Of a stretch of 64,000 nt of DNA, positions 29,568 through 40,205 are shown in pieces. How positions within the stretch are numbered: position 1 is the first letter of the stretch; each line of letters starts with the position of its first letter. The DNA is from an uncultured bacterium. GTDB lineage: Bacteria > Acidobacteriota > Aminicenantia > UBA2199. The stretch lies in NCBI GenBank assembly GCA_965371805.1, contig CBDUZW010000005.1:28926-92925 (forward strand), written 5' to 3'. The position numbers and the translations under genes were made by a program. The notes beneath the pieces are model-generated. The model saw only the letters and a list, made by a program, of their open reading frames with translations, ran no database searches and was not told where the DNA came from.

Positions 29568-30473
29568 TTATCCTTTTTCTGTCAGGTATACGCCATATAA
29601 AACAGCAATTGATCCAGCGATGAGAGAGAGTCCAATAATCTCTCCAAGAAAGATAGCTGCAAATATCTGTGTTGTTGGAGGTATTGCATATAGATATACT
29701 CCAACTTTTTGAGATTCAGTATGCTGTAAGGCAAAAAAATAGAGAAGTGTTGCAAGAAAAGAGCAGGTTATACCAAGAAATAATACAGCTGCCCAGGCTT
29801 TTATTGGAACTTCAGAAAGAATTATAGAATGTTTAGTAAGATCATAGATACCTACCGGGGCCATATATAATGTCCCAATTAGAGTTATAAGCATTGTCAG
29901 ATCGAGAGCACCCATTTTTTGGGTCATCTTCTTCCCCAATACAGTGAATAATCCCCACATAGAGATACTGGAAAACACTAGAAGATCCCCAAGCAGATGT
30001 CCCTCCAAATTAAAATCAAGTAAAGTATCAAAACCAATAACAGTTAAAACACCGATCAAGGCAAGCATAATTCCGGTAAATTTTTTTAAACTCAGTTTTT
30101 CACCAAGAAAAAAAATTGCTATAACTGTTATTGTTAGAGGAGCAGTAACAGCATAAATACTTGCATTCGAAGCAGTAGTAAACTGCAAACCGATTGTTTG
30201 CAAGGAATAGTGTAAACCCGAACCAAAAACGCTCAGAACAATAATACTCCTGAGCCAGGATCCCCCTAAATACCTGATCTTTGTTCCTTTTATGTAAACC
30301 CAAATCAAAAAACATATAGAAGACACTACTAATCGGGCAAAAACTACAAAGAGTGGCGGCAGTGAGGCTAATGCAACCTTTGTCGCAATAAAAGAAATTG
30401 CCCAGAACAAAACAGCAATCATTAATGCGCCATGTATCTTAATACCACTTATTTTCTTTTCCATAGAATACAA
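29568..30473 (-). CDS. EamA/DMT-family transporter
   Basis: 301 aa, about 10 TM segments in two halves with the EamA-like pattern. Confidence 0.65.
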   Translation of the reverse strand: MYSMEKKISGIKIHGALMIAVLFWAISFIATKVALASLPPLFVVFARLVVSSICFLIWVYIKGTKIRYLGGSWLRSIIVLSVFGSGLHYSLQTIGLQFTTASNASIYAVTAPLTITVIAIFFLGEKLSLKKFTGIMLALIGVLTVIGFDTLLDFNLEGHLLGDLLVFSSISMWGLFTVLGKKMTQKMGALDLTMLITLIGTLYMAPVGIYDLTKHSIILSEVPIKAWAAVLFLGITCSFLATLLYFFALQHTESQKVGVYLYAIPPTTQIFAAIFLGEIIGLSLIAGSIAVLYGVYLTEKG

Positions 30474-30568
30474 TTATAACAAAATTAACGAAGTAGACAA
30501 GATAAATTAAAATGGAAATAAAAAACATTTTTTATTGAATTAAAGTTTCATCTTAGATAAAATAAGAT

Positions 30569-31909
30569 ATGAAAATAGAAATGAATGAAGATACGTTTTT
30601 GCTACTTTCTGAAGATAGAGCAGTAGGACACCATTTTCAAATATCAAATATTAAATTATATAGATGGTTGGTATCACTATTGTTTTTTCCATTACTTTGC
30701 TTTCTCCCATTTCTAATATACAATTCTTACTACTTAAAATATTTAGGTGCGTGGATAGCAGCGCCTATTTTGGGTACAATGTGGTTTCTGCGAAATAAAA
30801 AATTTACAAGTGATAATTTCAATATATTATTAAGAATTTCATTGATATTATTATATATTTTTCTATTAGGTAATAGTCTTAATCTATTAGACACTCCAAC
30901 AGAAATAAGAATTGGTATAGCCTATATATATCCTTTTTTATTGATCTTTTTCAGGTTGAGACCTTCTGATTCTATATTTATCTATCTTTTTCTTCTTATT
31001 ATAAACCTTTTTGATTTTTTTATACCATATCAACCAGAAAGTATTTTAATGCTATTATCTTTAATCATTACATATGCAGTTTTTTTTGGGATTGCCATTA
31101 GCATGGCAATAATGAAGAAAAAAAAGTTTCTTAAAAGTTGGCGAAAAGAGGTTAAAAAAAACAAAGATCGCTTAAGAATGAAACTGGAACTAGAGCGAGC
31201 CAAAGAGATTCAACTTGAAATGCTTCCAAAATCATTGCCATCATCAGATAAATTAGATATTGCCTGGAGATCTTTACCTGCTACTGAAGTAGGTGGAGAT
31301 TATTATGATTCTTTTAAATTAGGTGAGCAGCAGGTTGCGCTGGTTGTTGGAGATGTTTCAGGTCATGGATTAGCGAGTGGTTTGGTTTTATCAGGAACCA
31401 GAGCAGGCCTTCACTTACTTCATGATAGTAAAACGACACCGGCAGAAGTTCTGATTCGCCTGAACAGAATGATGAAAAAAACAACAGATAAAAAGACATT
31501 TATGACGATGGTATATACTTCATTTAATTTTTCAAATAATATTATGACTCTGGCAAATGCCGGCCATACGCCTGTTTTACATTATAATTCACAAAATGAG
31601 AATATAAACGAGATCAGACAGCCATCCCTCCCATTAGGAAGTAGAAACAACGCTCAATATAAGGAGATCGATGTTCCATTCAAGACAGATGATATTTTTC
31701 TGTTTTATTCAGATGGATTAACCGAAGCGATGAATTCAGATAATCAACAATATGATGAAATAAGGTTTCTGGATTGTTTTAAAAATCTGGTTTCAGGAAA
31801 AATTCATGTGCAGGAAATATTAGATTCAATATTAACAGATGTGGATATTTTTTGTGAGGGTGTAGAGCAAAAAGATGACATAACACTAGTAGTCGTAAGA
31901 ATAAAATAA
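30569..31909 (+). CDS. Membrane-anchored PP2C-type (SpoIIE/RsbU-like) serine phosphatase
   Basis: N-terminal multi-TM domain. Then EIQLEMLP...ATEVGGDYYDSF...ALVVGDVSGHGLASGL...FLFYSDGLTEAMN...DDITLVVVRI. Confidence 0.75.
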   Translation: MKIEMNEDTFLLLSEDRAVGHHFQISNIKLYRWLVSLLFFPLLCFLPFLIYNSYYLKYLGAWIAAPILGTMWFLRNKKFTSDNFNILLRISLILLYIFLLGNSLNLLDTPTEIRIGIAYIYPFLLIFFRLRPSDSIFIYLFLLIINLFDFFIPYQPESILMLLSLIITYAVFFGIAISMAIMKKKKFLKSWRKEVKKNKDRLRMKLELERAKEIQLEMLPKSLPSSDKLDIAWRSLPATEVGGDYYDSFKLGEQQVALVVGDVSGHGLASGLVLSGTRAGLHLLHDSKTTPAEVLIRLNRMMKKTTDKKTFMTMVYTSFNFSNNIMTLANAGHTPVLHYNSQNENINEIRQPSLPLGSRNNAQYKEIDVPFKTDDIFLFYSDGLTEAMNSDNQQYDEIRFLDCFKNLVSGKIHVQEILDSILTDVDIFCEGVEQKDDITLVVVRIK

Positions 31910-31938
31910 TCTTATTTTATTTCAAGATACAAACTTTA

Positions 31939-33090
31939 TTATTTTAATAATTCTCCAATAATTTCTGCTACTCTATTTAATTGTTTATTTGTTATTGTGA
32001 GGGGTGGCAAAAGTCTTAATACTGTTGATCCGGCTGGTAATGTTAAAACGCCTTGTTCAATAAGTTTTAAAATATAGGATTTCACTTTCTCTTTCAGTTC
32101 AATTCCTACCATTAGTCCAAGTCCTCTGATATCTCTCACTTTTGACATATTTTTTTGCTTTAGAATATCAAATAGATAAACCCCTTTTTCTTTTGCACTT
32201 TTTATCAACTCCTTATCTTCAATATAGTTAAGTGTTGCCAGCCCAGCAGCACAGGCTAATGGATTTCCACCAAAGGTACTCCCATGATTTCCAAGTGGAG
32301 GCTTAATAATATCTGAACATAGAACTGCTCCCATGGGCATACCGCCGGCAATCCCTTTAGCTATACATAAGATATCAGGCTCCAACTCATGATGATCAGA
32401 AGCAAACATCTCCCCAGTTCTACCAAAGCCAGTTTGAATTTCATCAATAATTAATAAAACACCCATATCTGTACATAGATTTCTCAATTGTTTAATAAAT
32501 GAATTATCCGCAACATTTACTCCTCCCTCACCCTGAACAATTTCAATTACCACTGCTGCTGTATTTTCATTTATTTTCTCTTTAAAACTCTCTATATTAT
32601 TAAAAGATGCAAAGCTGATATTCGGAAGAAGTGGCTCAAAAGGTTTTCTATAAGCAGGATTAAAGGTGATACTCAATGATCCATGAGTCCTTCCATGAAA
32701 GCCCCTTTTAGCTGCTACAAAATGATTTTTCCCAGTCGTAAATTTTGCAAACTTAATAGCTGCCTCAATACTCTCAGTACCGGAATTACAGAGAAAAACC
32801 CGGGTTAAATTTTCCGGAGCAGAAGATATCAACTTCTCCATAAACCGCCCCCTGATGTCATTATAAAATGTCCCGGGACAGGAAATGAGCTCATCGACCT
32901 GGGTTTTCAAGGCCTCAGAAATGTACGGATTATTATGCCCAATATTCATCACACCATGTCCTCCCACACAATCAATATACTCCTTTCCGTTTTCATCCCA
33001 AACCAGTGCCGAATCACCTTTAACTAAGGCTAGGTCTCTTTTTGGATAAACATTAAAGGAATATTTGTCTTCAAGAATTCTCATATTCAT
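31939..33090 (-). CDS. lysJ: Class-III aminotransferase, LysJ/ArgD-type
   Basis: 383 aa. ...LVKGDSALVWDENGKEYIDCVGGHGVMNIGHNNPYISEALKTQ... PLP-Lys region. Overlaps the lysZ start by 4 nt. Confidence 0.75.
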   Translation of the reverse strand: MNMRILEDKYSFNVYPKRDLALVKGDSALVWDENGKEYIDCVGGHGVMNIGHNNPYISEALKTQVDELISCPGTFYNDIRGRFMEKLISSAPENLTRVFLCNSGTESIEAAIKFAKFTTGKNHFVAAKRGFHGRTHGSLSITFNPAYRKPFEPLLPNISFASFNNIESFKEKINENTAAVVIEIVQGEGGVNVADNSFIKQLRNLCTDMGVLLIIDEIQTGFGRTGEMFASDHHELEPDILCIAKGIAGGMPMGAVLCSDIIKPPLGNHGSTFGGNPLACAAGLATLNYIEDKELIKSAKEKGVYLFDILKQKNMSKVRDIRGLGLMVGIELKEKVKSYILKLIEQGVLTLPAGSTVLRLLPPLTITNKQLNRVAEIIGELLK

Positions 33091-33890
33091 TCTATTACCG
33101 TACCCACAAATGCAAAAGCACCTTCAAGTGGTTTTTCTATCCTTCCATCAGCTATTATCACCCTCTTTACCTCATTTTCAAACATTTTTTTTAATGAATA
33201 AAGTTTCCGTTTGATCCTTCCTTTTGATTCCGCTTCCCAGGTTGTTAACTCTTCTCTATTCATTCTTTTTACTACCATATTTTCATTATATGGATCTTTC
33301 AAAAAACCTTTTGCTTCTATTAGATGAACGACTGTCTCTGATTTGAGACTCTTCTGTAATAAAGATACGATATCATCATTTTCACTATTGATGGCATAAC
33401 CGTTTTCATCAATAATCGGAACCGTAAGGACAGGCATATAGCCCTGATCAAGAAGGCTATGTAGTAGCTTAATATTTATTTTGTCAGGTTTACCGGAAAA
33501 ATCTCTTAGAATCTTCTTCTTTCCATTTTCCATGATCTTGATTCCCTTATTTCTTCTCCCCTGGATCAATCTTCCATCAAGCCCGCATAAACCTATGGCA
33601 TTAATAGCCTTTTGTTGACAAAGTTCAACTATCCTTTTATTTCGAATACCGGCATAAGCCATCATTTGTAGATCTATCAATTCCTGATCAGAAACCACAC
33701 TACTATAACCTGAAAGGGATGTTACCACATTTTTTGTATATCCTGTTTTTTCAGCAAGTTCATCCCTTAGACTATTTGCACCATGCACAATTATACACCT
33801 CTTGTTTATCCCCTTTAGTCCTTCAATAATACCTTCCAGGTTTATGCTGGCTCCTCCACCAATTTTAATTATCATTATCTTATCTTCCAT
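33087..33890 (-). CDS. lysZ: Amino-acid kinase LysZ (ArgB-like, LysW-substrate kinase)
   Basis: 267 aa. MIIKIGGG...VHGANS...GLCGLDGRLIQGRRNKGIKIMENGKKKIL...GRIKRKL...VKRVIIADGRIEKPL is collinear with Thermus LysZ. Confidence 0.75.
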   Translation of the reverse strand: MEDKIMIIKIGGGASINLEGIIEGLKGINKRCIIVHGANSLRDELAEKTGYTKNVVTSLSGYSSVVSDQELIDLQMMAYAGIRNKRIVELCQQKAINAIGLCGLDGRLIQGRRNKGIKIMENGKKKILRDFSGKPDKINIKLLHSLLDQGYMPVLTVPIIDENGYAINSENDDIVSLLQKSLKSETVVHLIEAKGFLKDPYNENMVVKRMNREELTTWEAESKGRIKRKLYSLKKMFENEVKRVIIADGRIEKPLEGAFAFVGTVIE

Positions 33891-33893
33891 CTC

Positions 33894-34540
33894 TTATCTC
33901 CTTTCTATCACCAGAATTGTTTTATTCTTTACCGGTTCCCATCCACTGTCCATAGGGAACTTCTCTGAACAGACTATAATAGAAGAGCCTGTCTCTTTTT
34001 TCTGAAGAGAGAAGTATTCTGTATCCTCATTATAAAAACTATTAATATAAATATTCTCTGAATCTAACATTATATAGTTCATTGCTCTAATATATTCTGT
34101 TCTTTTTTCTATTATCTTATTGCTTTTCTTTATGGCTTCCAGTAATCCGTTTTTATCAAATGTTTTTATAAAATTAAATATTTTTTCTGCCCCAATACGG
34201 CCCTTTACTTTAAGTTTAACCCCTCTTAGCTCCCCATTAAAAGCAAAACTATAATCATCTTCAAGAAAAGGCATATTATGTTCAATAGGTTTTAATACAT
34301 CATTAAACGCACTTCGTGCATGCACCAGTATCAAACTTGATCTTCCAAAGAGATCGAGATTATCTTCCCATATAGGATTCAGGTTATGATAAAAGTTTCG
34401 TACATTATTTTTATAATAACATATGCCCCATCCATCTCCCTGATATTCTTTACTGGTTTTTGCTATCTCTGCAAATTTATGTAAATATTCCGCTATATCA
34501 AATTCATTTTCTGAATTTATTAATAAAAGTCTGCACATAG
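33894..34540 (-). CDS. Class-II glutamine amidotransferase-type Ntn hydrolase (YafJ/EgtC-like, GATase_4)
   Basis: Probable start M-C-R-L-L-L, with the nucleophile Cys directly after Met, at 34538. The tracked ORF extends to 34595. GDGWGICYY motif. About 215 aa. Gaps of 8 nt to lysY and 3 nt to lysZ. Confidence 0.6.
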
Positions 34541-34548
34541 AAGTTCTT

Positions 34549-35631
34549 TTAAACTGGATGCAGTCCCGGAAATTCCAGTCCTGTTCTTTCATCAAAACCC
34601 ATCATTATATTTAATGCCTGTAATGCCTGTCCTGCAGCTCCCTTCATAAGATTGTCTATTGCACCAATCACAATTAAACGATTTGTTCCTTTATCCTTTA
34701 CAAATCCAATATCACAATAATTGGACCCGGCCAATAGTTTTGGTTCAGGTAATCTATAGATCCCATCTCCCTCCTTTACGATCCTTATAAATGGCTCTGC
34801 CCCATAATGTTTCCTGTATATTTTCCAGATCGCCTTCTCATCCAGATCCTCTTTCAAAAAAACATGGGACAGAGATTGGATACCTCTTACCATATCGATA
34901 GAGGTAGCCGAAAAATGAATTTTGAAATCCTCAGAAAACCCGAGTTCCTGATCCATTTCAGCAATATGCCGATGTCCGGAAGGTTTATAAGTCCTAATGG
35001 CACCACTTTTTTCAGGATGATGAGATGCAGCTGAATGAAGATTGCCCCCTTCACTGGACCCAACCTTTACCTCGGTTACAGTTCTGTCCGTCACAACTAT
35101 TCCTTCTTTATATAAAGGATAGAGTGGAAGAATAGTCGCGGTAGCATTGCATCCAGCGCTTGATATATATTTTGCTTCTTTCATTTCTTCTCTATACAGT
35201 TCAGGTATTCCGTAAACAAAATCTTTAAGCAGGTCCAGTTCCAGATGGGGAGTATCATTCCATTTTTCATAATGAGATGGATTTTTTGCCCTGAAATCCC
35301 CACTCAGATCAATGATATTTGGCGCCAATTTCATATATTTTCTTATATTTTTTTGAGAATTACCATGAGGCAGGGATAGAAATAACAGGTCACAAGTTTC
35401 CAGATCATCTATGGAACAAAATTTCAAATTTGTGATTTTTCTTAGATTCGGATGGATTTTTGAGACCGCTTTTCCAACATATCTTTCAGATGTAACTTGA
35501 GCAATCTCTGCATATGGATGAAAAAGCAATAATCTTAGCAACTCACCTCCAGCATAACCGGATCCTCCAGCTATGGCAATCTTCAGTTTTCTATCTGTTT
35601 CCATTATTCTCACGAGCTTCATTAACAACAT
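34549..35631 (-). CDS. lysY: N-acetyl-gamma-glutamyl-phosphate-reductase-like LysY/ArgC
   Basis: [34 protein letters not shown]. Catalytic-Cys region SSAGCNATA. 360 aa. Confidence 0.8.
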   Translation of the reverse strand: MLLMKLVRIMETDRKLKIAIAGGSGYAGGELLRLLLFHPYAEIAQVTSERYVGKAVSKIHPNLRKITNLKFCSIDDLETCDLLFLSLPHGNSQKNIRKYMKLAPNIIDLSGDFRAKNPSHYEKWNDTPHLELDLLKDFVYGIPELYREEMKEAKYISSAGCNATATILPLYPLYKEGIVVTDRTVTEVKVGSSEGGNLHSAASHHPEKSGAIRTYKPSGHRHIAEMDQELGFSEDFKIHFSATSIDMVRGIQSLSHVFLKEDLDEKAIWKIYRKHYGAEPFIRIVKEGDGIYRLPEPKLLAGSNYCDIGFVKDKGTNRLIVIGAIDNLMKGAAGQALQALNIMMGFDERTGLEFPGLHPV

Positions 35632-36448
35632 AAGCTGCTATCAACTCAGGAATATTAACACCTGTCGGCTTAATACTATTCTTAAATTCCATAGTATAGT
35701 TTACCTCACAAACCATTAATTCTTGATCAGACTCAAAAAGATCAACGGCAACAATGCCTCCTCCGACTGCCTTTGCAGCATCCAGAGATAGTTTTTCAAG
35801 CTCGGGAGTCAATGGACAATTACTTGCAACAGCACCTTTTGCAGTGTTGGTTATCCAATGATCAGATGTTCTGTATATTGCAGCAATACATTTATCTCCA
35901 ACCACAAAGCTACGTATATCTCTTCCTTTTTTTTGAACAAATTTCTGTATATAAAAGATTGAATGATGATATGTACCCAGGACAGTTTTATGCTCAAGGA
36001 TCGCTTCAGCACTGTCCTTATCATTTATTTTTGAGAGAAGCCTTCCCCAGGATCCAACTGCAGGTTTTAATACCACCGGATATCCCATCTCCTCTATTGC
36101 CTCCAGAGCTGATTGTTCAGTAAATGCAATTCTTAGCTCAGGCTGTGCTACTCCATATTCTTTAAGAGAAATAGACGTAAGCAGTTTGTCTCCACAAACA
36201 GTCGCCACATCAGAACTATTAATACATTTTATTCCCATACTCTCGAATAATCTTAATGCATGAAGCGCTCTGGAGTGGTTTATGCTCCTTTCTATCACTG
36301 CATCAAAATCAAAACCATTTTTCCCAAGATTAAATACAACCTCACGGTCATCAACCATAACGATTTCAATATCTTCAAATTTTTTAAACTCTTCCAATAG
36401 TAATTTTTCCTCTTTTCTTATAAGAGAATGTAAAAATCCGATTTTCAT
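35591..36448 (-). CDS. lysX: ATP-grasp ligase LysX (RimK-like; ligates substrate to the LysW C-terminal Glu)
   Basis: ...[95 protein letters not shown]...[29 protein letters not shown] is near-collinear with Thermus LysX. Confidence 0.85.
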   Translation of the reverse strand: MKIGFLHSLIRKEEKLLLEEFKKFEDIEIVMVDDREVVFNLGKNGFDFDAVIERSINHSRALHALRLFESMGIKCINSSDVATVCGDKLLTSISLKEYGVAQPELRIAFTEQSALEAIEEMGYPVVLKPAVGSWGRLLSKINDKDSAEAILEHKTVLGTYHHSIFYIQKFVQKKGRDIRSFVVGDKCIAAIYRTSDHWITNTAKGAVASNCPLTPELEKLSLDAAKAVGGGIVAVDLFESDQELMVCEVNYTMEFKNSIKPTGVNIPELIAAYVVNEARENNGNR

Positions 36449-36459
36449 TTTATCTCCTT

Positions 36460-37623
36460 TCAGGCAGAGACCTTTTGTTTTGTCTCATTTAATATATACC
36501 TGACAATTATTTGTAATTCTGAATTCTCAACAACTCTACCCCGTTGTCCTACTTCTTTAACTTTATTTAAAACCTTTTCCAAAAGACTTATGTCGGGATC
36601 TGAATAACCAATCCCTTCCATTGAGTATCTAACTGCAGCAATTCCTGACATATGATCCAGCGATATAACAGGTTCTTTTCCCAGTAACTCTGGTGAAAGA
36701 CTCTGGTAATGTATTGGATTACGAATCGCTGCCTGAGTATGCACACCAGCGCAATGAGTAAATGCATTCTTCCCTGTAACTGGAAAATTAACAGGAATCG
36801 GGATTCTCGAATACCTGCTGACCAGATCATATAGTTCAACCAGTCTTTCAAAATCCCATTTTTTATCATAGCCAAAATCTGTTGCCAGAACAGCAAGTAA
36901 GGTAGCCAGATCAACTATCCCAGCCCTCTCTCCTAATCCCATAACTGATGTATCTATAATAGTTGCTCCTCCCCTAAGGCCATCAATCGCATTTGCAAGC
37001 GCCAAACCTCTATCATTATGGCAATGAACTGCAATTTCCGGTTTTAGCCCCATCGAGAAAAGCCCGTCTTTTAACCTAGCTACATAATCACACATGTTTT
37101 TTTTTGTACCCGGGACCATATAGCCGGTTGTATCTGCAACACTTATAATGTCCGCTCCAGCTTTAACCGCTTCTGACGCAGCAAAGATAACATTGTCAAA
37201 TTGAGATCTTACAGTATCTTCCGGTGTATATCTGATAAGTATTTCCGGATTTGTCTCTTTTGTATATTTGATAATATCAGTAATTTTTTCAACAACATCC
37301 TTTAATTTTTTTGAGGATTCTTTTAATCTTAGATCGGAGACACAATAAAATATTCCGATAAAATCAACCCCGCATTTTAGAGCAAGATCAACATCTTTTC
37401 TTAAAGACCGTGAATGTGCCCCTGTTCTTGCTTTCAATTTAAGTTTAGAAATTCCTTTTACTGCATTTAAGATCTCATTTGTTACTGCCGGATGACCGGT
37501 TTCAATGATATCAACACCTATTTCATTTAGAAGTTCTGCAATTTTAGTTTTTATATGAACATCAAAATAAACACCGGGAGTCTGTTCCCCCTCCCGAAGT
37601 GTTGAATCAAGTATTTTAACCAT
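36460..37623 (-). CDS. HMGL-family synthase, homocitrate-synthase-like (LeuA/NifV/HCS family)
   Basis: [15 protein letters not shown]...; [35 protein letters not shown]; 387 aa with no LeuA regulatory domain. Confidence 0.7.
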   Translation of the reverse strand: MVKILDSTLREGEQTPGVYFDVHIKTKIAELLNEIGVDIIETGHPAVTNEILNAVKGISKLKLKARTGAHSRSLRKDVDLALKCGVDFIGIFYCVSDLRLKESSKKLKDVVEKITDIIKYTKETNPEILIRYTPEDTVRSQFDNVIFAASEAVKAGADIISVADTTGYMVPGTKKNMCDYVARLKDGLFSMGLKPEIAVHCHNDRGLALANAIDGLRGGATIIDTSVMGLGERAGIVDLATLLAVLATDFGYDKKWDFERLVELYDLVSRYSRIPIPVNFPVTGKNAFTHCAGVHTQAAIRNPIHYQSLSPELLGKEPVISLDHMSGIAAVRYSMEGIGYSDPDISLLEKVLNKVKEVGQRGRVVENSELQIIVRYILNETKQKVSA

Positions 37624-37796
37624 TATTCACCCCAATCTTCATCTTCAGTAGGTGCCTCTTGGACTTTAAACGGATTTGTACCAATAACTTCAAGCTCAGT
37701 TCCACAATCTGTACATTCGATTAATTCTCCTGAAACAGTACCATCTGACATCTCCAATAAAAAATCGCATACCGGACATTCTGTTTGATTACTCAT
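37623..37796 (-). CDS. lysW: Amino-group carrier protein LysW
   Basis: 57-aa ORF, below the track threshold: MSNQTECPVCDFLLEMSDGTVSGELIECTDCGTELEVIGTNPFKVQEAPTEDEDWGE. CxxC...CxxC zinc ribbon plus the hallmark acidic C-terminus ending EDWGE. The TAATG stop/start overlaps the downstream gene. Confidence 0.8.
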   Translation of the reverse strand: MSNQTECPVCDFLLEMSDGTVSGELIECTDCGTELEVIGTNPFKVQEAPTEDEDWGE

Positions 37797-37882
37797 AATA
37801 TTCTCCTTTATTTATAACTTATTTGTTTTAGTCTCAATACCTTTCATATTGAAAAACCATTTTAAGTATAAATAGGATTTTG

Positions 37883-37908
37883 TGTCAAAAAAAACGAATA
37901 TTTTGACA
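37883..37908. promoter_or_regulatory. Palindrome TGTCAAAA-N10-TTTTGACA in the divergent lysW / ACT-gene promoter region
   Basis: Perfect 8-bp inverted arms. Each arm contains TTGACA and could serve as the -35 box of one of the two divergent promoters. Confidence 0.4.
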
Positions 37909-37937
37909 ATTTTTATTGTTTATGTTAAATATATAAC

Positions 37938-38591
37938 ATGATAACAATTTCAGAAGAGATAAAAAAGATTGTTCTGTCCTCTCCGTTCCTGGAAGAGGGA
38001 ATACTGAAAGGGATTATAAACCTGTCTGCATTGGCCAGGGAGATAAAACCTCAAATAGAAAAAACACTTATGAGAAAATTGAGTGACAGTGCTATTTTAA
38101 TGGCATTGAAAAGATTTTCTGATAACCTGGAGGGAGAGACATTTATTGCTATTGAAACAAAAAAAAAATTAGGCGATATTTCTGTAAGATCCAATCTTAT
38201 GGAATTTACTTTTCTAAAGTCAGATACTATTTTTGAAAAGCAGAAACTTCTAATGATGGGAATAGAGAACAAAAGAGATAATTTTTTTACTTTTACACAG
38301 GGAATCTATGAGCTTACAATAATATCCGGAACCGATCTCGAAGAGCAGATTGAAGATGTTTTTAAAGGAGAAACCCTTAAAAAAAAACTCTTAAACTTGT
38401 CAGCCATCATTATAAAACTCCCCCCTGAATCTGTAGATCAGCCGGGGGTTCACTACTCCATACTAAAACAACTAGCATGGAACAAAATAAATGTAGTTGA
38501 AGTAGTATCAACATTTACCGAGTTCATTGTCATTTTAAGCAGAAAGGACATAGACAGAGCATTCTCAATCCTGCTCAATTTCCTGTCATAA
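37938..38591 (+). CDS. Small ACT-domain-like ligand-binding protein (uncertain)
   Basis: 217 aa. C-terminal LNLSAIIIKLPPESVDQPGVHYSILKQLAWNKINVVEVVS resembles an aspartokinase-type ACT fold. No DNA-binding domain recognised. Confidence 0.35.
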   Translation: MITISEEIKKIVLSSPFLEEGILKGIINLSALAREIKPQIEKTLMRKLSDSAILMALKRFSDNLEGETFIAIETKKKLGDISVRSNLMEFTFLKSDTIFEKQKLLMMGIENKRDNFFTFTQGIYELTIISGTDLEEQIEDVFKGETLKKKLLNLSAIIIKLPPESVDQPGVHYSILKQLAWNKINVVEVVSTFTEFIVILSRKDIDRAFSILLNFLS

Positions 38592-38798
38592 AATATTTTC
38601 TAATTCCTTTTCATTTCTTTATTATAACTTTAGCCATTATTACAATTGATTGTAATTTATCCATATCGAATTAAGTAATTTCCCTGAATTTGCATAAGAC
38701 CGTTGCATCATAAGACTATATAGAAATTCTAAATCTGTCTGCAATTCAGAAATTACATTTATTAGCACATATATTTCAGATGATTTGACATTTTTTAG

Positions 38799-39149
38799 CA
38801 CATAAATAGTATAAAGAACAACAAACTTTTTTCTGAATATAATGGTGCTTTTATTGAAAATTATGTGGCTACTGAACTAATTAAAACAAGATATGAAGAA
38901 TTGTATTATTGGACAAGTGAACACAAAGCAGAAGTAGATTTTATTATATCTAATAATGACAATGAGATTATTCCAATAGAGGTAAAAAGTGGGTTTAGCA
39001 GGGAAAAGAAGAGTTTAAAAGTTTATATTGAAAATTACAAACCAAAAATATCTATAAGACTATCACCAAGAAATTTTACAAAAGATGGTAGTTTTGCAAA
39101 TATTCCTCTTTATGCAATTCCTTTTCTTACTTGGAAGAATAAATATTGA
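38799..39149 (+). pseudogene. C-terminal remnant of a DUF4143-type AAA ATPase gene
   Basis: In frame from 38799 without a start: ...LFSEYNGAFIENYVATELIKTRYEELYYWTSEHKAEVDFIISNNDNEIIPIEVKSG... is the typical C-terminus of AAA_14+DUF4143 proteins. The N-terminal ~250 aa, including the P-loop, is absent. Confidence 0.5.
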
Positions 39150-39152
39150 GCA

Positions 39153-40205
39153 CTACCTGTTTTCCTGCCTGAGTTTATTCCACTCTTTCTGGTTAACCGG
39201 AATACTTTCTATTTCCTGTTCTGATTTTTTTACCAGACTCAAAGCATCCGTTGGACAGGAGACAACACAAACACCACATCCATAACATAAACTGGTATTT
39301 ACCACTACTTTTTCATCTATGATTCTTAATGCATCAAATTGACATTTTTGCGTGCATAACCCACAGCCAATACAGAGGTCAGTATCATCTTGTACAATAT
39401 ATGAAGATTTTGCAACTGAATTTGTGGTCCCAAATTCTTTTGCAGCTCTTATTATCCCACAGGAACATGTACAGCAATTGCATATATAGGTAATCCCATC
39501 CTGCTTATTACTGGTAGTAGGGACCAGACCTTCTAAACTGGCCTCTTTCATTTTTTTTATGAATTCCTCTTTTGAAATAGTCTCTATTTTGTCAGTATTC
39601 TTAAATGCATTCTCTTTAGTATTAAAGGCAAGACAATTATGAACACTATGATCACAACCTTCACCAATAAGCCTTTTTTGTACTCTGCAAATACAGTCAA
39701 GAACACCGAATGATTTTGCGCCATCAAGATATTCATTCACATTTTCATACTGTAAAATATCTATATTAACAGGTATGGTCAAATTTACAGGTATTATTCT
39801 ATGAACAGAAGGAACAATATCAGTGATTTTCCCAAAAGCTTCTTTATAATATTTTTCAAATAGATGGGCAAATTTCTCACTTATTCTCCCATTCTGATTT
39901 TCATAGAAACCAACTACAAAGGGGATCAGTTTAAAGCCGAGCCCGGTCTCCATTTTTTCAATTTCAATTAGCCCTTTTCTCACCATTCCCTTTAATATCA
40001 CAAAAACCTCTCGTTCCGATTCTTCTGTTTTTTCCGAGATCGATTTAGATATTGAAGGCTGGTCATTTAGCAAGATTGCAATTTCAGCTTCTTTATTTGT
40101 AAAGAGTTCTGCAAGAAGTTCCAGTTCTACACCACTCTTAGTTTCAGGAAACCGGTTTGGAAGTTCATCAAGCTTTTCCGCCAATATTTTATAATTTGTT
40201 TTCAT
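39153..40205 (-). CDS. Fe-S protein with two 4Fe-4S ferredoxin-type cluster motifs
   Basis: CIGCGLCTQKCQFDA and CYGCGVCVVSCPTDA, plus additional Cys clusters (CNCCTCSCG). Confidence 0.5.
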   Translation of the reverse strand: MKTNYKILAEKLDELPNRFPETKSGVELELLAELFTNKEAEIAILLNDQPSISKSISEKTEESEREVFVILKGMVRKGLIEIEKMETGLGFKLIPFVVGFYENQNGRISEKFAHLFEKYYKEAFGKITDIVPSVHRIIPVNLTIPVNIDILQYENVNEYLDGAKSFGVLDCICRVQKRLIGEGCDHSVHNCLAFNTKENAFKNTDKIETISKEEFIKKMKEASLEGLVPTTSNKQDGITYICNCCTCSCGIIRAAKEFGTTNSVAKSSYIVQDDTDLCIGCGLCTQKCQFDALRIIDEKVVVNTSLCYGCGVCVVSCPTDALSLVKKSEQEIESIPVNQKEWNKLRQENR

